Below, piece after piece: positions 1 through 9,319 of a stretch of DNA of 64,000 nucleotides. Source of the DNA: a bacterium (lineage in GTDB: Bacteria > Vulcanimicrobiota > Xenobia > Xenobiales > JADMJV01); the NCBI GenBank assembly GCA_018780265.1, contig JADMJV010000035.1:10491-74490 (forward strand). The letters are read 5' to 3'. The notes beneath the pieces were generated by a model that was not told the DNA's origin, did no database searches, and saw nothing but the letters and a program-made list of their open reading frames with translations. The stretch's first letter is position 1; every line of letters starts with the position of its first letter. Both the position numbers and the translations under genes were made by a program.

Positions 1-105
1 CACTCGCAATAGCAAAAGTTTGCCACGACAAACGTCGCGGGCGTAACTCAAAGCCTGTTCGGCCACGGCCGATCCGTCCAGCGGCACCAGTATATTGGCG
101 AACAT
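1..105 (-). CDS. universal stress protein, N-terminal part only (gene runs off the left edge)
   Basis: Minus-strand ATG at 105 translates to MFANILVPLDGSAVAEQALSYARDVCRGKLLLLRV. This is the same ILVPLDGS N-terminal signature as the Usp ORFs at 1332 and 1823. It is absent from the ORF track because it is truncated. Confidence 0.6.
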   Translation of the reverse strand, partial: MFANILVPLDGSAVAEQALSYARDVCRGKLLLLRV

Positions 106-152
106 CGTCGGCCCTCCACAGGTCAGAATACCACATGTTGGACCTCTGACTA

Positions 153-164
153 TGATCTTTATCA
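153..164. promoter_or_regulatory. FNR/CRP-type palindrome TGAT-cttt-ATCA in a divergent promoter region
   Basis: aTGATctttATCAg matches 8 of 10 positions of TTGAT-N4-ATCAA. It lies about 50 nt upstream of the minus-strand usp start and about 115 nt upstream of the Crp/Fnr gene. That regulator has an E-x-x-x-R recognition helix (PETVIR). Confidence 0.35.
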
Positions 165-273
165 GGTGGGGTCCGCCTAAAGGCGGACCCTGGACGGGAC
201 TCGGGGTGGAACCACAAACTCCCCTGCGGCTGTCGCGACCCGTACCAACCTCCGACTAAGATAGGCCCATCAG

Positions 274-969
274 ATGGCGAGGTCGCCGAATAGGAGTGAC
301 ATTATGGGAGCTCAACCCCTGGCGCTTTTGGAACAACCCATCGAAAAGCAACATGCTTTGGGCGTTACCGCCTGGAATCGCTCACTGCAGGCAGGCGAAA
401 CGCTTTTTCTGGAGGGCGAGACCCCCACGGCCCTTTACCAGGTGGAGCACGGCTGCGTGAAGCTCACGTGGAATAGTCCCGGAGGTCGCGAAACCATCTC
501 CGAACTGCTTCTCCCGGGAGATGTATTCGATCTCCCCAGTTGCCTGGACGGCTGTCCGTACCCGCTCACTTGCAAGGCGCCGACCAGCAGCCCGGCCGGG
601 CTGTGGGTCGCTTCGCGCGGGGCATTGTTGGAAGACCCCCAACTGGCCTGGCGCTGTCATGCCCGGCTGGCCAAGCAACTGCGCCAACAGCGCAGCCACC
701 CGGTGGCCGCGGCCGCCGAACGAGTGGAAGTCCGCTTAACTCGGGCTCTGCTCAGGCTGGCCGAGCGCCTGGGAACCTCTACATCTCAAGGACTGTCTTT
801 TCCCCTCTGGCTGACCCGTCAGGAACTGGCCGAATGGGTGGGCACGACGCCCGAGACGGTGATTCGTATCTGCAGCCACCTGCGTCGACGAGGCTTGATT
901 GAAATGGAGAAGGGCCTGTTAACTTTGATTCAACCAGGCCTACTGCTTGAGTTGACCGAGGCTGCCTGA
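274..969 (+). CDS. Crp/Fnr family transcriptional regulator
   Basis: N-terminal cNMP-binding fold (FLEGETPTALYQVEHGCVKL, GRETISELLLPGDVFD) and C-terminal HTH (LTRQELAEWVGTTPETVIRICSHLRRRGLI). There is no N-terminal Cys cluster, so it is not a classical O2-sensing FNR. Confidence 0.85.
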   Translation: MARSPNRSDIMGAQPLALLEQPIEKQHALGVTAWNRSLQAGETLFLEGETPTALYQVEHGCVKLTWNSPGGRETISELLLPGDVFDLPSCLDGCPYPLTCKAPTSSPAGLWVASRGALLEDPQLAWRCHARLAKQLRQQRSHPVAAAAERVEVRLTRALLRLAERLGTSTSQGLSFPLWLTRQELAEWVGTTPETVIRICSHLRRRGLIEMEKGLLTLIQPGLLLELTEAA

Positions 970-1322
970 TGGTTCCTAGTAAAACTGTGGGGGTGGTTGG
1001 TTTTGAGCCGGCCATCCAGGGACCGCTCGAGAGCTTGTTGAGTAGCGAGCCGCACCTGTCCGTGGTGCGTTTCCCGCACAACTGGTCCCCCGGAGTCAGT
1101 GCCGCGTTTGTGACGGAGCCGATCCACTTCCTGATCCTTTCGCCCCCTACCCCAGAATGGGTCGACCGCATTCATGCTCAGTTCCCCTCTGCATGTCTTC
1201 TAGCCATGGTAGAATGGCACCGCCGGGAGCAATTTCGCCTGGCCCCCATCCAAGACTATTTTGAGCGTTTTCAAAGCTACCAGGGTGTCCTCGAATTGCT
1301 GCGCAAACACTACCAGGACTGA
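969..1322 (+). CDS. hypothetical protein
   Basis: 117-aa ORF whose ATG overlaps the upstream TGA (TGATG). No motif recognised. Confidence 0.45.
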   Translation: MVPSKTVGVVGFEPAIQGPLESLLSSEPHLSVVRFPHNWSPGVSAAFVTEPIHFLILSPPTPEWVDRIHAQFPSACLLAMVEWHRREQFRLAPIQDYFERFQSYQGVLELLRKHYQD

Positions 1323-1331
1323 AGGAGTACT

Positions 1332-1826
1332 ATGTTTGAGAACATTCTGGTCCCATTGGACGGTTCTCCCGTCGCCGAAGCGGCGCTGGAATCGGCCCTC
1401 TACCTGGCCAAAGTTTCGCAGGGCCAACTCCATCTGGTTCGTGTCCCCAGCCACAAGCTAACTCTGGCAGATTATGACGAGGCCTCACCGGCAGATCTGG
1501 CCGAGGAGCAAGCGTGTCAGGATTATTTAGAGAAGGTGGCCACTCCACTGCGAGACGAAGGCGTGCGCGTGCGTTGTGAGGTCCTTGAGTCCGGTCCACC
1601 GGCCGAGCGAATCCTTGAAGTTGTCGAAGAGGACGAGCTGGATCTGGTGGTGCTTACATCCCACGGCCGCAGCGGACTCTCCCGCGTTTTGTTAGGCAGC
1701 GTGGCCGATACCGTTTCGCGGAACTGTCGCGCTCCCGTGCTCATTGTGGGGCGCCGCTCGGATGCGTTGGGCCGAGCCAAGGACCAGATTAAGGCAAAAC
1801 GCCGAAAACCTGAGGTGTCATCATGA
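1332..1826 (+). CDS. universal stress protein (UspA family)
   Basis: MFENILVPLDGSPVAE start and LVVLTSHGRSGLSRVLLGSVADTVSRNCRAPVLIV ATP-binding signature. Confidence 0.9.
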   Translation: MFENILVPLDGSPVAEAALESALYLAKVSQGQLHLVRVPSHKLTLADYDEASPADLAEEQACQDYLEKVATPLRDEGVRVRCEVLESGPPAERILEVVEEDELDLVVLTSHGRSGLSRVLLGSVADTVSRNCRAPVLIVGRRSDALGRAKDQIKAKRRKPEVSS

Positions 1827-2671
1827 AGATTCTGGTCCCCCTGGACGGTAGCGATCTGTCCGAATCGGTCCTCCCTTGTGCCCTGGATATGGCCAGGCGT
1901 CATCAGGCCGAATTGGTGTTGGTCAGAGCCACTGAGCACTTTGGCACCATCGCCCCTGGCTTGCCTCCCGATTTGGGTCTGCAGTTGCAAGAGCAGGCTC
2001 AAAAGAAATCGATCAACTATCTGGAGTCGATGCAGTCCCACCTCCCCGGTGTGGCGGTAAACGCACAGGCACCGCTTGGCCCTGCTCGCGATGAGATCTA
2101 CCATACTGCGGTGCGACAAAAGTGCGACCTGATCATCATGGCCTCGCGCGCCCGTGAGGGCCCGGCCCGCTGGCTGCTGGGCAGTGTAGCCGAGGCGGTG
2201 CTGCGACAATCTCCTTGCCCGGTCTTGCTGCTGCGACCTCCTGCGGGCCAGTCGTCCCTCTTTCAGCATATTCTGGTGCCCATAGACGGCTCCGAGGCCT
2301 CCCTGGCCGTTCTGCACAAAGTGCAGCCCTATCTGGCCCCAGGCGGCAAAGTGACGCTGCTGCAGAGCAGCGATCTTTCTCTCTATCCCTACGTTTTTGA
2401 CGTAAAGTCGGAGACCGTCCAGGAATACCTCAACCAGTTAGAAGCCGACCTTCGCAAAATCGAGGTGGAAGGTCTGACTCTCGAGGTCACCGTGCTGGAC
2501 GGCGACCCTATCGACGCAATCTTAACCTGGTCCCAAGAAAACGACTGCGATCTGATCGCCATGTCGACCCATGGTCGCACCGGCTTTCGCCGATTCTGGT
2601 TGGGCAGCGTCACAGAAAAGGTGGCCCGCCATTCGCATTGCCCCGTGCTGGCCTTCCCGGGCCGGGAGTAA
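1823..2671 (+). CDS. tandem-domain universal stress protein
   Basis: Two Usp domains (ILVPLDGSDLSE...LLGSVAEAVLRQSPCPVLLL and ILVPIDGSEAS...STHGRTGFRRFWLGSVTEKVARHSHCPVLAF). ATGA overlap with the upstream usp. Confidence 0.9.
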   Translation: MKILVPLDGSDLSESVLPCALDMARRHQAELVLVRATEHFGTIAPGLPPDLGLQLQEQAQKKSINYLESMQSHLPGVAVNAQAPLGPARDEIYHTAVRQKCDLIIMASRAREGPARWLLGSVAEAVLRQSPCPVLLLRPPAGQSSLFQHILVPIDGSEASLAVLHKVQPYLAPGGKVTLLQSSDLSLYPYVFDVKSETVQEYLNQLEADLRKIEVEGLTLEVTVLDGDPIDAILTWSQENDCDLIAMSTHGRTGFRRFWLGSVTEKVARHSHCPVLAFPGRE

Positions 2672-2692
2672 GCCAGGTCACCCCCTCCATCC

Positions 2693-3868
2693 ATGGAAGG
2701 CCAAGAATTGGACGAATGGCTTCGCTCTGCGGTCGCCCAGGGCAAACTGCATTCCCAAGGCTCGTTTTCCCTGGACACCGGGGCGGCGGCCCGCAAATTT
2801 GGCCAATACGCCCTCACCGATAGCTGGCAGATAGTAGCACGCCTGCTTCGTTCGGCCGTGCTGTGCGCCCCCTCTGTCCAACTCGAGGTGACCAAAACAC
2901 GGACGCAGGTGTCTATTCCTGGCTTTGTGTCGGGCGTCGCCAACTTGAAGTCTGTATTTGATCAGGTTCTCTCATCGGTGCCCGAGGAACGAGAGTTTTC
3001 CCTGGCTGTCAACAGCCTGGTGGCTGACCACTGCAAAGAACTGACCATCACCCGCGGCGAACCATCGCGCATCGCCCTTCTAAAGGTAGGGCAAGATCGT
3101 CGGGTTGAGGTGGCCGAAGCTTTCGATCTCATTCAAACAGAGAACTTCACCCGCATCGAATGGACCGAAGTCGGACGACGAACTCTGGATAAAGACCTGG
3201 AGCGTTTGCGCCAGGGGTTTCGCTACAGCCGGATCCCCATCAACTTGAACGGGGAGAAGCTCGACATCCCTTTTGGACGCCCTCGTGGACCGGGCCTGTG
3301 GAAACACCTGGGCGCCGCCCGGCAGATTCTTGTAAAGCCGTCCTGGTTTCAGCCCTCCACCTATTTCTGGGCCGATCACCACGCTGTCGAATTTCGCCTC
3401 TACCACCCTCAGGCCATCCGCAACGAAGTGGGTCTGGCCACGCCGGGGCTGGCCAGTTGCCGGCTCTGGGCTGGACAAAGCGGGCCGGAGCAGTCCTGTT
3501 TTCTGGCCCTGGCCTGCCGCTGCGACCCCGAACGGCCCGGACAGGTTGACTGGGTCTATCGAGGTCAGTGCGTTGACAGCCAGCCAGAGCGCTTCGCCCA
3601 GCCTGGACTGCAGGCCGTTGTCGCCTGCGAAGGTCTTCCCTTCGATGTAACCGGAGAGCGGCTCATAGAGGGGCCGGCCCGGGCAGCCCGCCTTCAATTG
3701 GTCCGCGACTGGGCTAACTGTCTGCATGATTTTTTGTGTGAGCGCTATCCTAACAGCGGAGACCTGGCCGCCCACCGCGCTCTCTACGACTCCAAACTGC
3801 GCGCCTACCCCCAGCTTTTGCCGCAAACTCGACGGGTCGTCGAGCTTTTGCAGCGGCTCTCGCCTTGA
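2693..3868 (+). CDS. hypothetical protein
   Basis: 391-aa ORF with normal amino-acid composition. The opposite-strand 352-aa ORF looks like a GC shadow. No motif recognised. Confidence 0.55.
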   Translation: MEGQELDEWLRSAVAQGKLHSQGSFSLDTGAAARKFGQYALTDSWQIVARLLRSAVLCAPSVQLEVTKTRTQVSIPGFVSGVANLKSVFDQVLSSVPEEREFSLAVNSLVADHCKELTITRGEPSRIALLKVGQDRRVEVAEAFDLIQTENFTRIEWTEVGRRTLDKDLERLRQGFRYSRIPINLNGEKLDIPFGRPRGPGLWKHLGAARQILVKPSWFQPSTYFWADHHAVEFRLYHPQAIRNEVGLATPGLASCRLWAGQSGPEQSCFLALACRCDPERPGQVDWVYRGQCVDSQPERFAQPGLQAVVACEGLPFDVTGERLIEGPARAARLQLVRDWANCLHDFLCERYPNSGDLAAHRALYDSKLRAYPQLLPQTRRVVELLQRLSP

Positions 3869-4065
3869 ATTCCCCGCCGCGAGTTTCGCCGGGGCGATTT
3901 CAGGCTGGCCGAATTTCTGCTGGCCACCGTGCAGGCAGGCGCTCTGACCGGTTTTGGAAGCGCTCTGGGATTGGCCTGCACTTCGCTGGTGATGATGCAA
4001 CTGGCTGTCGTCGCGGGAATCGCAGCCCCCTCTTTGATCGCGAGCCTGCCCGCCTCGAACCAGAA

Positions 4066-4500
4066 TCAAGGGGCGCCGCAGTGGCGGCAACTGAGGTGTC
4101 GTCCCGAGACGGGACGCGGCTGGTCGCAGTACGCACAAATCGGTGCCGCCACCAACAATCGCTCAAAAATATAGAGGTTGCCCTCCACCCGACATGCTCC
4201 CTGTTTGCACAACCTGAGAGTGACCGTTTCGGCCTCTCTGGTCTTGAATTGCAAGGCCGCTAACAATTGGGCATGGGTTAGAATGCCGTCGTGATCTTTG
4301 GCGCTGGCCAGCACGCGTTGTTCCAGTTCTACCCAGTATTGTCGACGCTTGTAACAGGCCCAGCCTACCTGAGTCCCAAATTTGAGAATCTCGACGCCCG
4401 TTTCCCAAGTGATCCAACGGGATTTGGGGGGAGGAGGGGCGGGGGGCTGTGGCTTGAGAGCCCGATGAATGGCTTCTGGAGAAAATCCACGTTGCAGCAT
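4066..4500 (-). CDS. hypothetical protein with C-terminal Cys4 zinc-ribbon-like motif
   Basis: C-terminus CAYCDQPRPVSGRHLSCRHCGAP (CxxC...CxxC). It is the last gene of the minus-strand pilus-like operon. Confidence 0.5.
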   Translation of the reverse strand: MLQRGFSPEAIHRALKPQPPAPPPPKSRWITWETGVEILKFGTQVGWACYKRRQYWVELEQRVLASAKDHDGILTHAQLLAALQFKTREAETVTLRLCKQGACRVEGNLYIFERLLVAAPICAYCDQPRPVSGRHLSCRHCGAP

Positions 4501-4550
4501 GGACCAAGTCTACCACACGGCCGGGCTCTAGAATGTAACCTGGGCCACTT

Positions 4551-5747
4551 CTAGACGACGCCCACGCTGCGGCGAACCTCGGCCAGGGACGTCTGGCCGG
4601 CATTTGCCCGAGCGCGGGCTGCCTCCGCAAGCGGTACCATCCCGTCGCTTTCGGCCATCTGGCGCAATTTGAAAAGAGGAGCGCGGTCAAGAATGCCCTG
4701 GCGTATGGACTCGCTCACCAGCAATATTTCGGCCACCGCGCTTCGACCACGGTATCCGCTTGAGTCGCATTGAGAACAGCCTACCGGTTGCCCCTCCTTT
4801 TGACAATGCGAACACAATAACCGGAGCAGGCGTTGATAAATCATGCCGCATAGGGCCGCCGAAAGCATATAGGATTCGACTCCCAACTCAAGCATGCGCG
4901 GGATTACCCCTACGCTGTCGCGGGCGTGCAGGGTAGACAGCACAAGGTGCCCGGTCAGGCTGCTTTGAACCGCCGCCGAAGCGGTTTCTCCGTCGCGAAT
5001 CTCCCCCACCAAAATCACGTCGGGATCTTGCCGCAACAAAGAGCGCAGGCCGCTGGCGAAAGTCATGCCAGCGGCCGGCTGCACCTGGGTCTGGGTGAAC
5101 TCGGGCACGATCAGTTCGACCGGGTCCTCCAGGGTGACCACATTCAGTCCTGCCCCTTGCTTGGGGCCAAGCCATTGCTGCTGGCGCTGCCACAACCAGC
5201 GCAAGGAGGCATAAAGGGTGGTGGTCTTTCCGCTGCCGGCCGGTCCGGTGGCCAGCAGCAGACCTTGCGGTTGGGTCAGCGCCTGCTGCCAGCGCTGCAA
5301 TTCGGAGGCGAGCAAGCCCAGGCTTTCCAGTTGAGGCAGTACGCCCCCCTGGCGAACCAGACGCATGATAATTTTTTCTCCAAAGTGGCTGGGCCCGGTG
5401 GCCAGTCGAACCTCACAGCCATCCACCGACAGCCGGCCATCCTGTGGCACAGACTTACGGAAAGAGGCTACTTTGGCCATGTTCTTCAAGCCCACCACCA
5501 GGCGTTCGAAGATGTCGAGTGGCAGGTCCAACTGGTGGCAGAGTACTCCGTCAATCCGGGTCAAGACCTCTACGCGCCCCTCGGTGGGACGCAGGTGCAG
5601 GTCGCTGGCGCCCACTCCGGAGGCCATCCGTACCAGCCATTCCACCACCAGACGGGCATCGTAGTCTTGAGGAGGGAGCAACAGGCGCGCCAACTCTGGC
5701 GGCGGCGCCTTCACCGCAGGGTGCAGGTCATTTCGTAAAAAGGCCAC
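4551..5747 (-). CDS. GspE/PilB family secretion ATPase (short form)
   Basis: Walker A ATGPAGSGKTTTL, LRQDPDVILVGEIRD, His box TGHLVLSTLHA and tetracysteine CSHCQK...CSQCDSSGYRGR. The start is uncertain: a GTG at 5714 would form a GTGA overlap with the upstream stop. Confidence 0.9.
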   Translation of the reverse strand: MAFLRNDLHPAVKAPPPELARLLLPPQDYDARLVVEWLVRMASGVGASDLHLRPTEGRVEVLTRIDGVLCHQLDLPLDIFERLVVGLKNMAKVASFRKSVPQDGRLSVDGCEVRLATGPSHFGEKIIMRLVRQGGVLPQLESLGLLASELQRWQQALTQPQGLLLATGPAGSGKTTTLYASLRWLWQRQQQWLGPKQGAGLNVVTLEDPVELIVPEFTQTQVQPAAGMTFASGLRSLLRQDPDVILVGEIRDGETASAAVQSSLTGHLVLSTLHARDSVGVIPRMLELGVESYMLSAALCGMIYQRLLRLLCSHCQKEGQPVGCSQCDSSGYRGRSAVAEILLVSESIRQGILDRAPLFKLRQMAESDGMVPLAEAARARANAGQTSLAEVRRSVGVV

Positions 5748-6688
5748 CAGAAGGCCAGCATGGCCAGGGTGCTGAGAATGCCGATCAAAATCAGTGCCCG
5801 CGGCGCCATTAAGCGCAATTGTTGCTCAGAGCGCAGCTCGATCTCCCGATCCAGTGCGTCAGCGCCTTCTAAGACCCGAGCGGCCACTTCTTCCCCTTCC
5901 AGGCTCCAGACAAGGTAGGACTCCAACAGAGTACATCGTCCCAAAGCCGTGGCCACCGGGGTTCCTCTGCGAGCCTCGGAGCTGGCCTGGGCCAGTTGCT
6001 TGTGCAAAGCAGACTCGGTAACGATAGCGCGAGCCTGCTCCAGTGCCTCGACCACCGGCACACCGGCGGCCAATAGGGCACCCAGCGCTCGGGCCCAGAG
6101 TGCCTGGCTGGCCAAACTGCCAATCCCACGAATTTCAGGAAAGACCCATAGCAACGGTGGCCAGGGCCGACCTTGCAGCAGCGACAGTCCCACCAGCAGC
6201 AACAGACCCAGTGGAATCAGAGCCAGCCAGGGCAAGGCCGCGGCCAGTTGGGGAAAGTGCAGGCCTCGGGTATCGGCCAACAAGGGCAGCACCATTTCGG
6301 GCACGACAAAAGTCACGAACAAAGCTACGAACGAGGCCAGCAAAGCCAGCAGCAACATCGGATAGAGTAGGATAGAGGAGACTTTGCGCTGGAGTGATTC
6401 GCTGCGCTCCAGCCAATGACTTAATTCTTCCAGAACCTTGTCGGGCTGTGGATTGGTGGCCGCGGCCTCGACCAGGCCGCGAAAGAGTGGGGAAAAAAGG
6501 CGAGGTTGGCGGGCCAGGGCGGAACTCAGGTCATCGCCTTGTTCCATATCTTCGGCCACCTTGGTGAGCCAGGGCGAAGCATCGCCGGCCATGTTCTTGA
6601 GCCCCTCGGCCAGAGGATAGCCCAGCCGAACGAGCACGGCCAGTTGGCGCACGGCACGGAGAAGCTCGCCTTTGGCTGGCTCTTTCAT
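5711..6688 (-). CDS. type II secretion system F (GspF/PilC) family platform protein, paralogue 3
   Basis: Two T2SSF-like halves (LVRLGYPLAEGLKNMAG...; LLAAGVPVVEALEQARAIV...), each followed by TM helices. Confidence 0.8.
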   Translation of the reverse strand: MKEPAKGELLRAVRQLAVLVRLGYPLAEGLKNMAGDASPWLTKVAEDMEQGDDLSSALARQPRLFSPLFRGLVEAAATNPQPDKVLEELSHWLERSESLQRKVSSILLYPMLLLALLASFVALFVTFVVPEMVLPLLADTRGLHFPQLAAALPWLALIPLGLLLLVGLSLLQGRPWPPLLWVFPEIRGIGSLASQALWARALGALLAAGVPVVEALEQARAIVTESALHKQLAQASSEARRGTPVATALGRCTLLESYLVWSLEGEEVAARVLEGADALDREIELRSEQQLRLMAPRALILIGILSTLAMLAFWWPFYEMTCTLR

Positions 6689-7686
6689 GCGATGTTCCCT
6701 ATCAACTGGTAGAGTGGCAAAAAGAAGCCGATGATGACCGGCGGGATCACCAGTAGCATGGCCAGCACCCCGGCCACCTCCAGAATGGCCAGCCCCCCCT
6801 CGGACTCGGTGTCCTGCTCTCGCTTGAGAACGGCGGCCACGCGGGCCAAATAGTGGGGGGGAAACTCCAACCCTTCGCCACGAGCGACCAGCAGCAGCCC
6901 CAACTCGGGCAGGGCCTTTTCGCGACCCAACGCCTTGCTTAACTCCTGGCCCCGATCGGCGGCGGCTGCAGCCGCTTCCATTTTGGCCCGAAAGGCCACA
7001 TCACCGCAGGCTGCGGCCGCCCGCCGCATCGACTCGGGTACACTCAGGCCCGTGGCCAGAAAGTAGTCTACCCAGCTCAGCCAGGTCACCGATTCGCTGC
7101 GCCGGATCCAGTCCCCCACCAGGGGCAGACGCAGGCGCAAAGCAGCCGTCCCGGCCGCGCCGGAAAGAAGCCAGTAAACAAAGGCAATCAGGGCAATCTC
7201 CAGGGTGATCACCCACGGATTGGAGGCCATCCGCACCAAAAGCAGAGTCATTTGCGTGAAAAAGGGCAATTTCAGGCTCATACCACCCAGCAGTTCGGTA
7301 AAAGTGGCCCCCAGCATCCCGTACACCAGCCACACCAGAGCCAATCCAGCCGCCAACAAGATCACGGGGTAGCTTAAAACCAAACGGATCTGCCCCTGTC
7401 TCCAATCCGATTCTTCAAGCAACTCGGAGATGCGAGCCAGTGGCTCGTGATCCGCGGCTGCCTCCATCCCCTCGACCAACAATTTGGGAAAGCTGCCGGC
7501 CGAGCGCAGTGCCTCCGCCAGCGAAGAGCCAGAGGCCGCTGCTTCCTGAGCCTTGCGCAAACCTGCGGCCCAACGCCCTGAAGCCTGGCTGCAAATACGC
7601 CCCAAAGCCTGGTCGACGGCAAGGCCGGTGCTCAGCAAAACGTGCAGATCGCGGGCCAATCGAGCGGATTCGCGCAAAGCACTCAA
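6685..7686 (-). CDS. GspF/PilC family platform protein, paralogue 2
   Basis: LSTGLAVDQALGRICSQ... and LATGLSVPESMRRAAAACGD... repeats with TM helices. 4-nt overlaps with both neighbours. Confidence 0.75.
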   Translation of the reverse strand: MSALRESARLARDLHVLLSTGLAVDQALGRICSQASGRWAAGLRKAQEAAASGSSLAEALRSAGSFPKLLVEGMEAAADHEPLARISELLEESDWRQGQIRLVLSYPVILLAAGLALVWLVYGMLGATFTELLGGMSLKLPFFTQMTLLLVRMASNPWVITLEIALIAFVYWLLSGAAGTAALRLRLPLVGDWIRRSESVTWLSWVDYFLATGLSVPESMRRAAAACGDVAFRAKMEAAAAAADRGQELSKALGREKALPELGLLLVARGEGLEFPPHYLARVAAVLKREQDTESEGGLAILEVAGVLAMLLVIPPVIIGFFLPLYQLIGNIA

Positions 7687-8990
7687 GGCAGCACCACCTG
7701 TTCCAACAAGCCCGAAATCATGAGTCCGAGCGGCATCATGGTGGCCAGGACCAAACCCAAGGTCAGAGCCCCAAAGCCGCAGGCTGCCAGGGTATCGAGC
7801 CAGACACTCCAGCGAACCTTCTTCTCTTCGGCCAGATCCAAAAGGTAGACGGCGGCACAGCTAAGAGCCTCCTCCAGATTGCCATGACGTTGGCCCTGCG
7901 CGGCCAACCAGCGCAAGGGTGGGGCAAAAAGTTCCGGGTGTCGGTCCAACGCCTCGTGGATACCGGCCTGGCCTCTCATAGCGCTGACGTAGGCGGGGTG
8001 CTGGGTGGACAGAGCGCCCACTTGAAGAGCCTCGCCTTCGGCCAGTCCCAATTGGAGGCAAGTGGCCAGGGTTGTGGCTACGGCGGCCTGGTCCTCGAGC
8101 GGTAGCACCAGGCTGAAGGGAGGCAGCCTGTAGAGAAAGGCACGCATCCGCCCGCCAAATTCAGGCTTGTAGTGGGCCCACAGCGCCACCGCAACGCATC
8201 CCAGGGGCACTCCGACAAAGATCAAGGTTCCTAGCGGTGAACGGGCAAATTTTACGCATGCTATAAAGACCCGCGTCGCCAGCGGCAGCGTTAAACTCAT
8301 GCCTTCGAAAAGGGCCACAAAGGTGGGCAGGATGTAGGTCACCAGGAAGAGGGCGATGGGGAAGCTGACCAGCCAGATGAACATCAACCGCAGTCCGAAC
8401 CAGATACTGAACCAGGCCTGGCGAGTGCGTCCGGTTTCGAGATCTTCCAACACTTCCACCAGCACTCCCCGGATTTCCGCCGCGTTGAGCAGGCCGGCCC
8501 AATGGGGCGGAAAGAAAGGGAATCGATCCATGGCCTGGCCCAGTCGGTCACCATGGGCCGTGGTCCGCGACATGAATTCGAGGGACTGGCAGCCATGCGA
8601 GAAACGACTGCGCCAACTGCTGCGCTGGTGGCGAGACAGCATTTCGAGAGCCTCCGGGACAGGCATCCCCAGGCGCAATAACTCGGCCAGTTGTCCGATA
8701 ATCAACAACTGATCCGCGCTATCGGTGCGACCGCGCACCCAGTTGTAGACCACGGGCGCAAAGAGACCGGCCCACATCAACAGGTCGGCCAGGGGGAAAA
8801 GCAGGCACACCAACTGATACAGGATCTGCATGGCAGGGTCTTCGCTATCCACGTTGACCAAAACAATGCCCAGGAAAAACAACATCAATTGGGCGATCAG
8901 GCAGTATTTTGCCAACTTGTAACCGCGACGGGCCAGGGCCAGCGGCGGAGAGTGATTGAGCAGGTTGGAGCCGATCAATTGGGTGTCCAT
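7683..8990 (-). CDS. GspF/PilC family platform protein, paralogue 1 (extra N-terminal TM region)
   Basis: LLRLGMPVPEALEMLSRH..., LPTFVALFEGMSLTLPLATRV and CLQLGLAEGEALQVGA... are typical T2SSF domain features. Confidence 0.8.
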   Translation of the reverse strand: MDTQLIGSNLLNHSPPLALARRGYKLAKYCLIAQLMLFFLGIVLVNVDSEDPAMQILYQLVCLLFPLADLLMWAGLFAPVVYNWVRGRTDSADQLLIIGQLAELLRLGMPVPEALEMLSRHQRSSWRSRFSHGCQSLEFMSRTTAHGDRLGQAMDRFPFFPPHWAGLLNAAEIRGVLVEVLEDLETGRTRQAWFSIWFGLRLMFIWLVSFPIALFLVTYILPTFVALFEGMSLTLPLATRVFIACVKFARSPLGTLIFVGVPLGCVAVALWAHYKPEFGGRMRAFLYRLPPFSLVLPLEDQAAVATTLATCLQLGLAEGEALQVGALSTQHPAYVSAMRGQAGIHEALDRHPELFAPPLRWLAAQGQRHGNLEEALSCAAVYLLDLAEEKKVRWSVWLDTLAACGFGALTLGLVLATMMPLGLMISGLLEQVVLP

Positions 8991-9319
8991 CAGAGGGCCC
9001 CCTCAAGTCGGTATTGAGAACGACCTGAGTATCCGGTGCTCAGCACGCGTCCGTTGGGCATCACTTCCAATACAAAGCGTCCCCCTTCAAAATCGGGAGA
9101 ATGAAAGCGGGTGCCCCTGGCCAGTTTGCCGCTGCGCTTCAGAGCCAGGGCATAGTCCTGGCCCGACAAAGCCATGGTCATGGCCTGCTGACTCTGTTTG
9201 TGTCCGATCAGGCGCTGCTGGACCGATTCCACGGTGGCGGCCGCGCAAAAAAACAGCACGCTCAGAAAAGAGATCAGCCACAGGGTCCCCAACAGCGACA
9301 TGCCACGGCCTCGGGTCAC
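8990..9319 (-). CDS. small membrane-anchored protein, possibly a GspK-like minor pseudopilin
   Basis: N-terminus RGMSLLGTLWLISFLSVLFF resembles the GspK/PilX anchor. Position is between the pseudopilins and the platform genes. Confidence 0.45.
   Translation of the reverse strand: MTRGRGMSLLGTLWLISFLSVLFFCAAATVESVQQRLIGHKQSQQAMTMALSGQDYALALKRSGKLARGTRFHSPDFEGGRFVLEVMPNGRVLSTGYSGRSQYRLEGAL

Noticed and set aside
3080-4138. 352-aa minus-strand ORF, and similar long antisense ORFs at 1523-2317, 4926-5738, 13133-14014, 14445-15362, 18359-19219, 19316-20224, 21298-22158 and 37069-38133
   Set aside because: Each lies opposite an ORF with recognisable motifs or better composition, none has a motif of its own, and they are rich in R/G/P/A/Q as expected for GC-shadow frames.
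3869-4174. Open frame continuing in phase after the TGA of ORF 2693..3868, including a hydrophobic stretch GALTGFGSALGLACTSLVMMQLAVVAGIAAPSLIASL (possible readthrough, Sec, or a small TM protein)
   Set aside because: I recognise no SECIS-like element. The distal third overlaps the convergent gene 4066..4500 and looks like its shadow frame, and a GTG-initiated small protein would need a ~110-nt antisense overlap. It would only be worth revisiting with proteomics or ribosome profiling.
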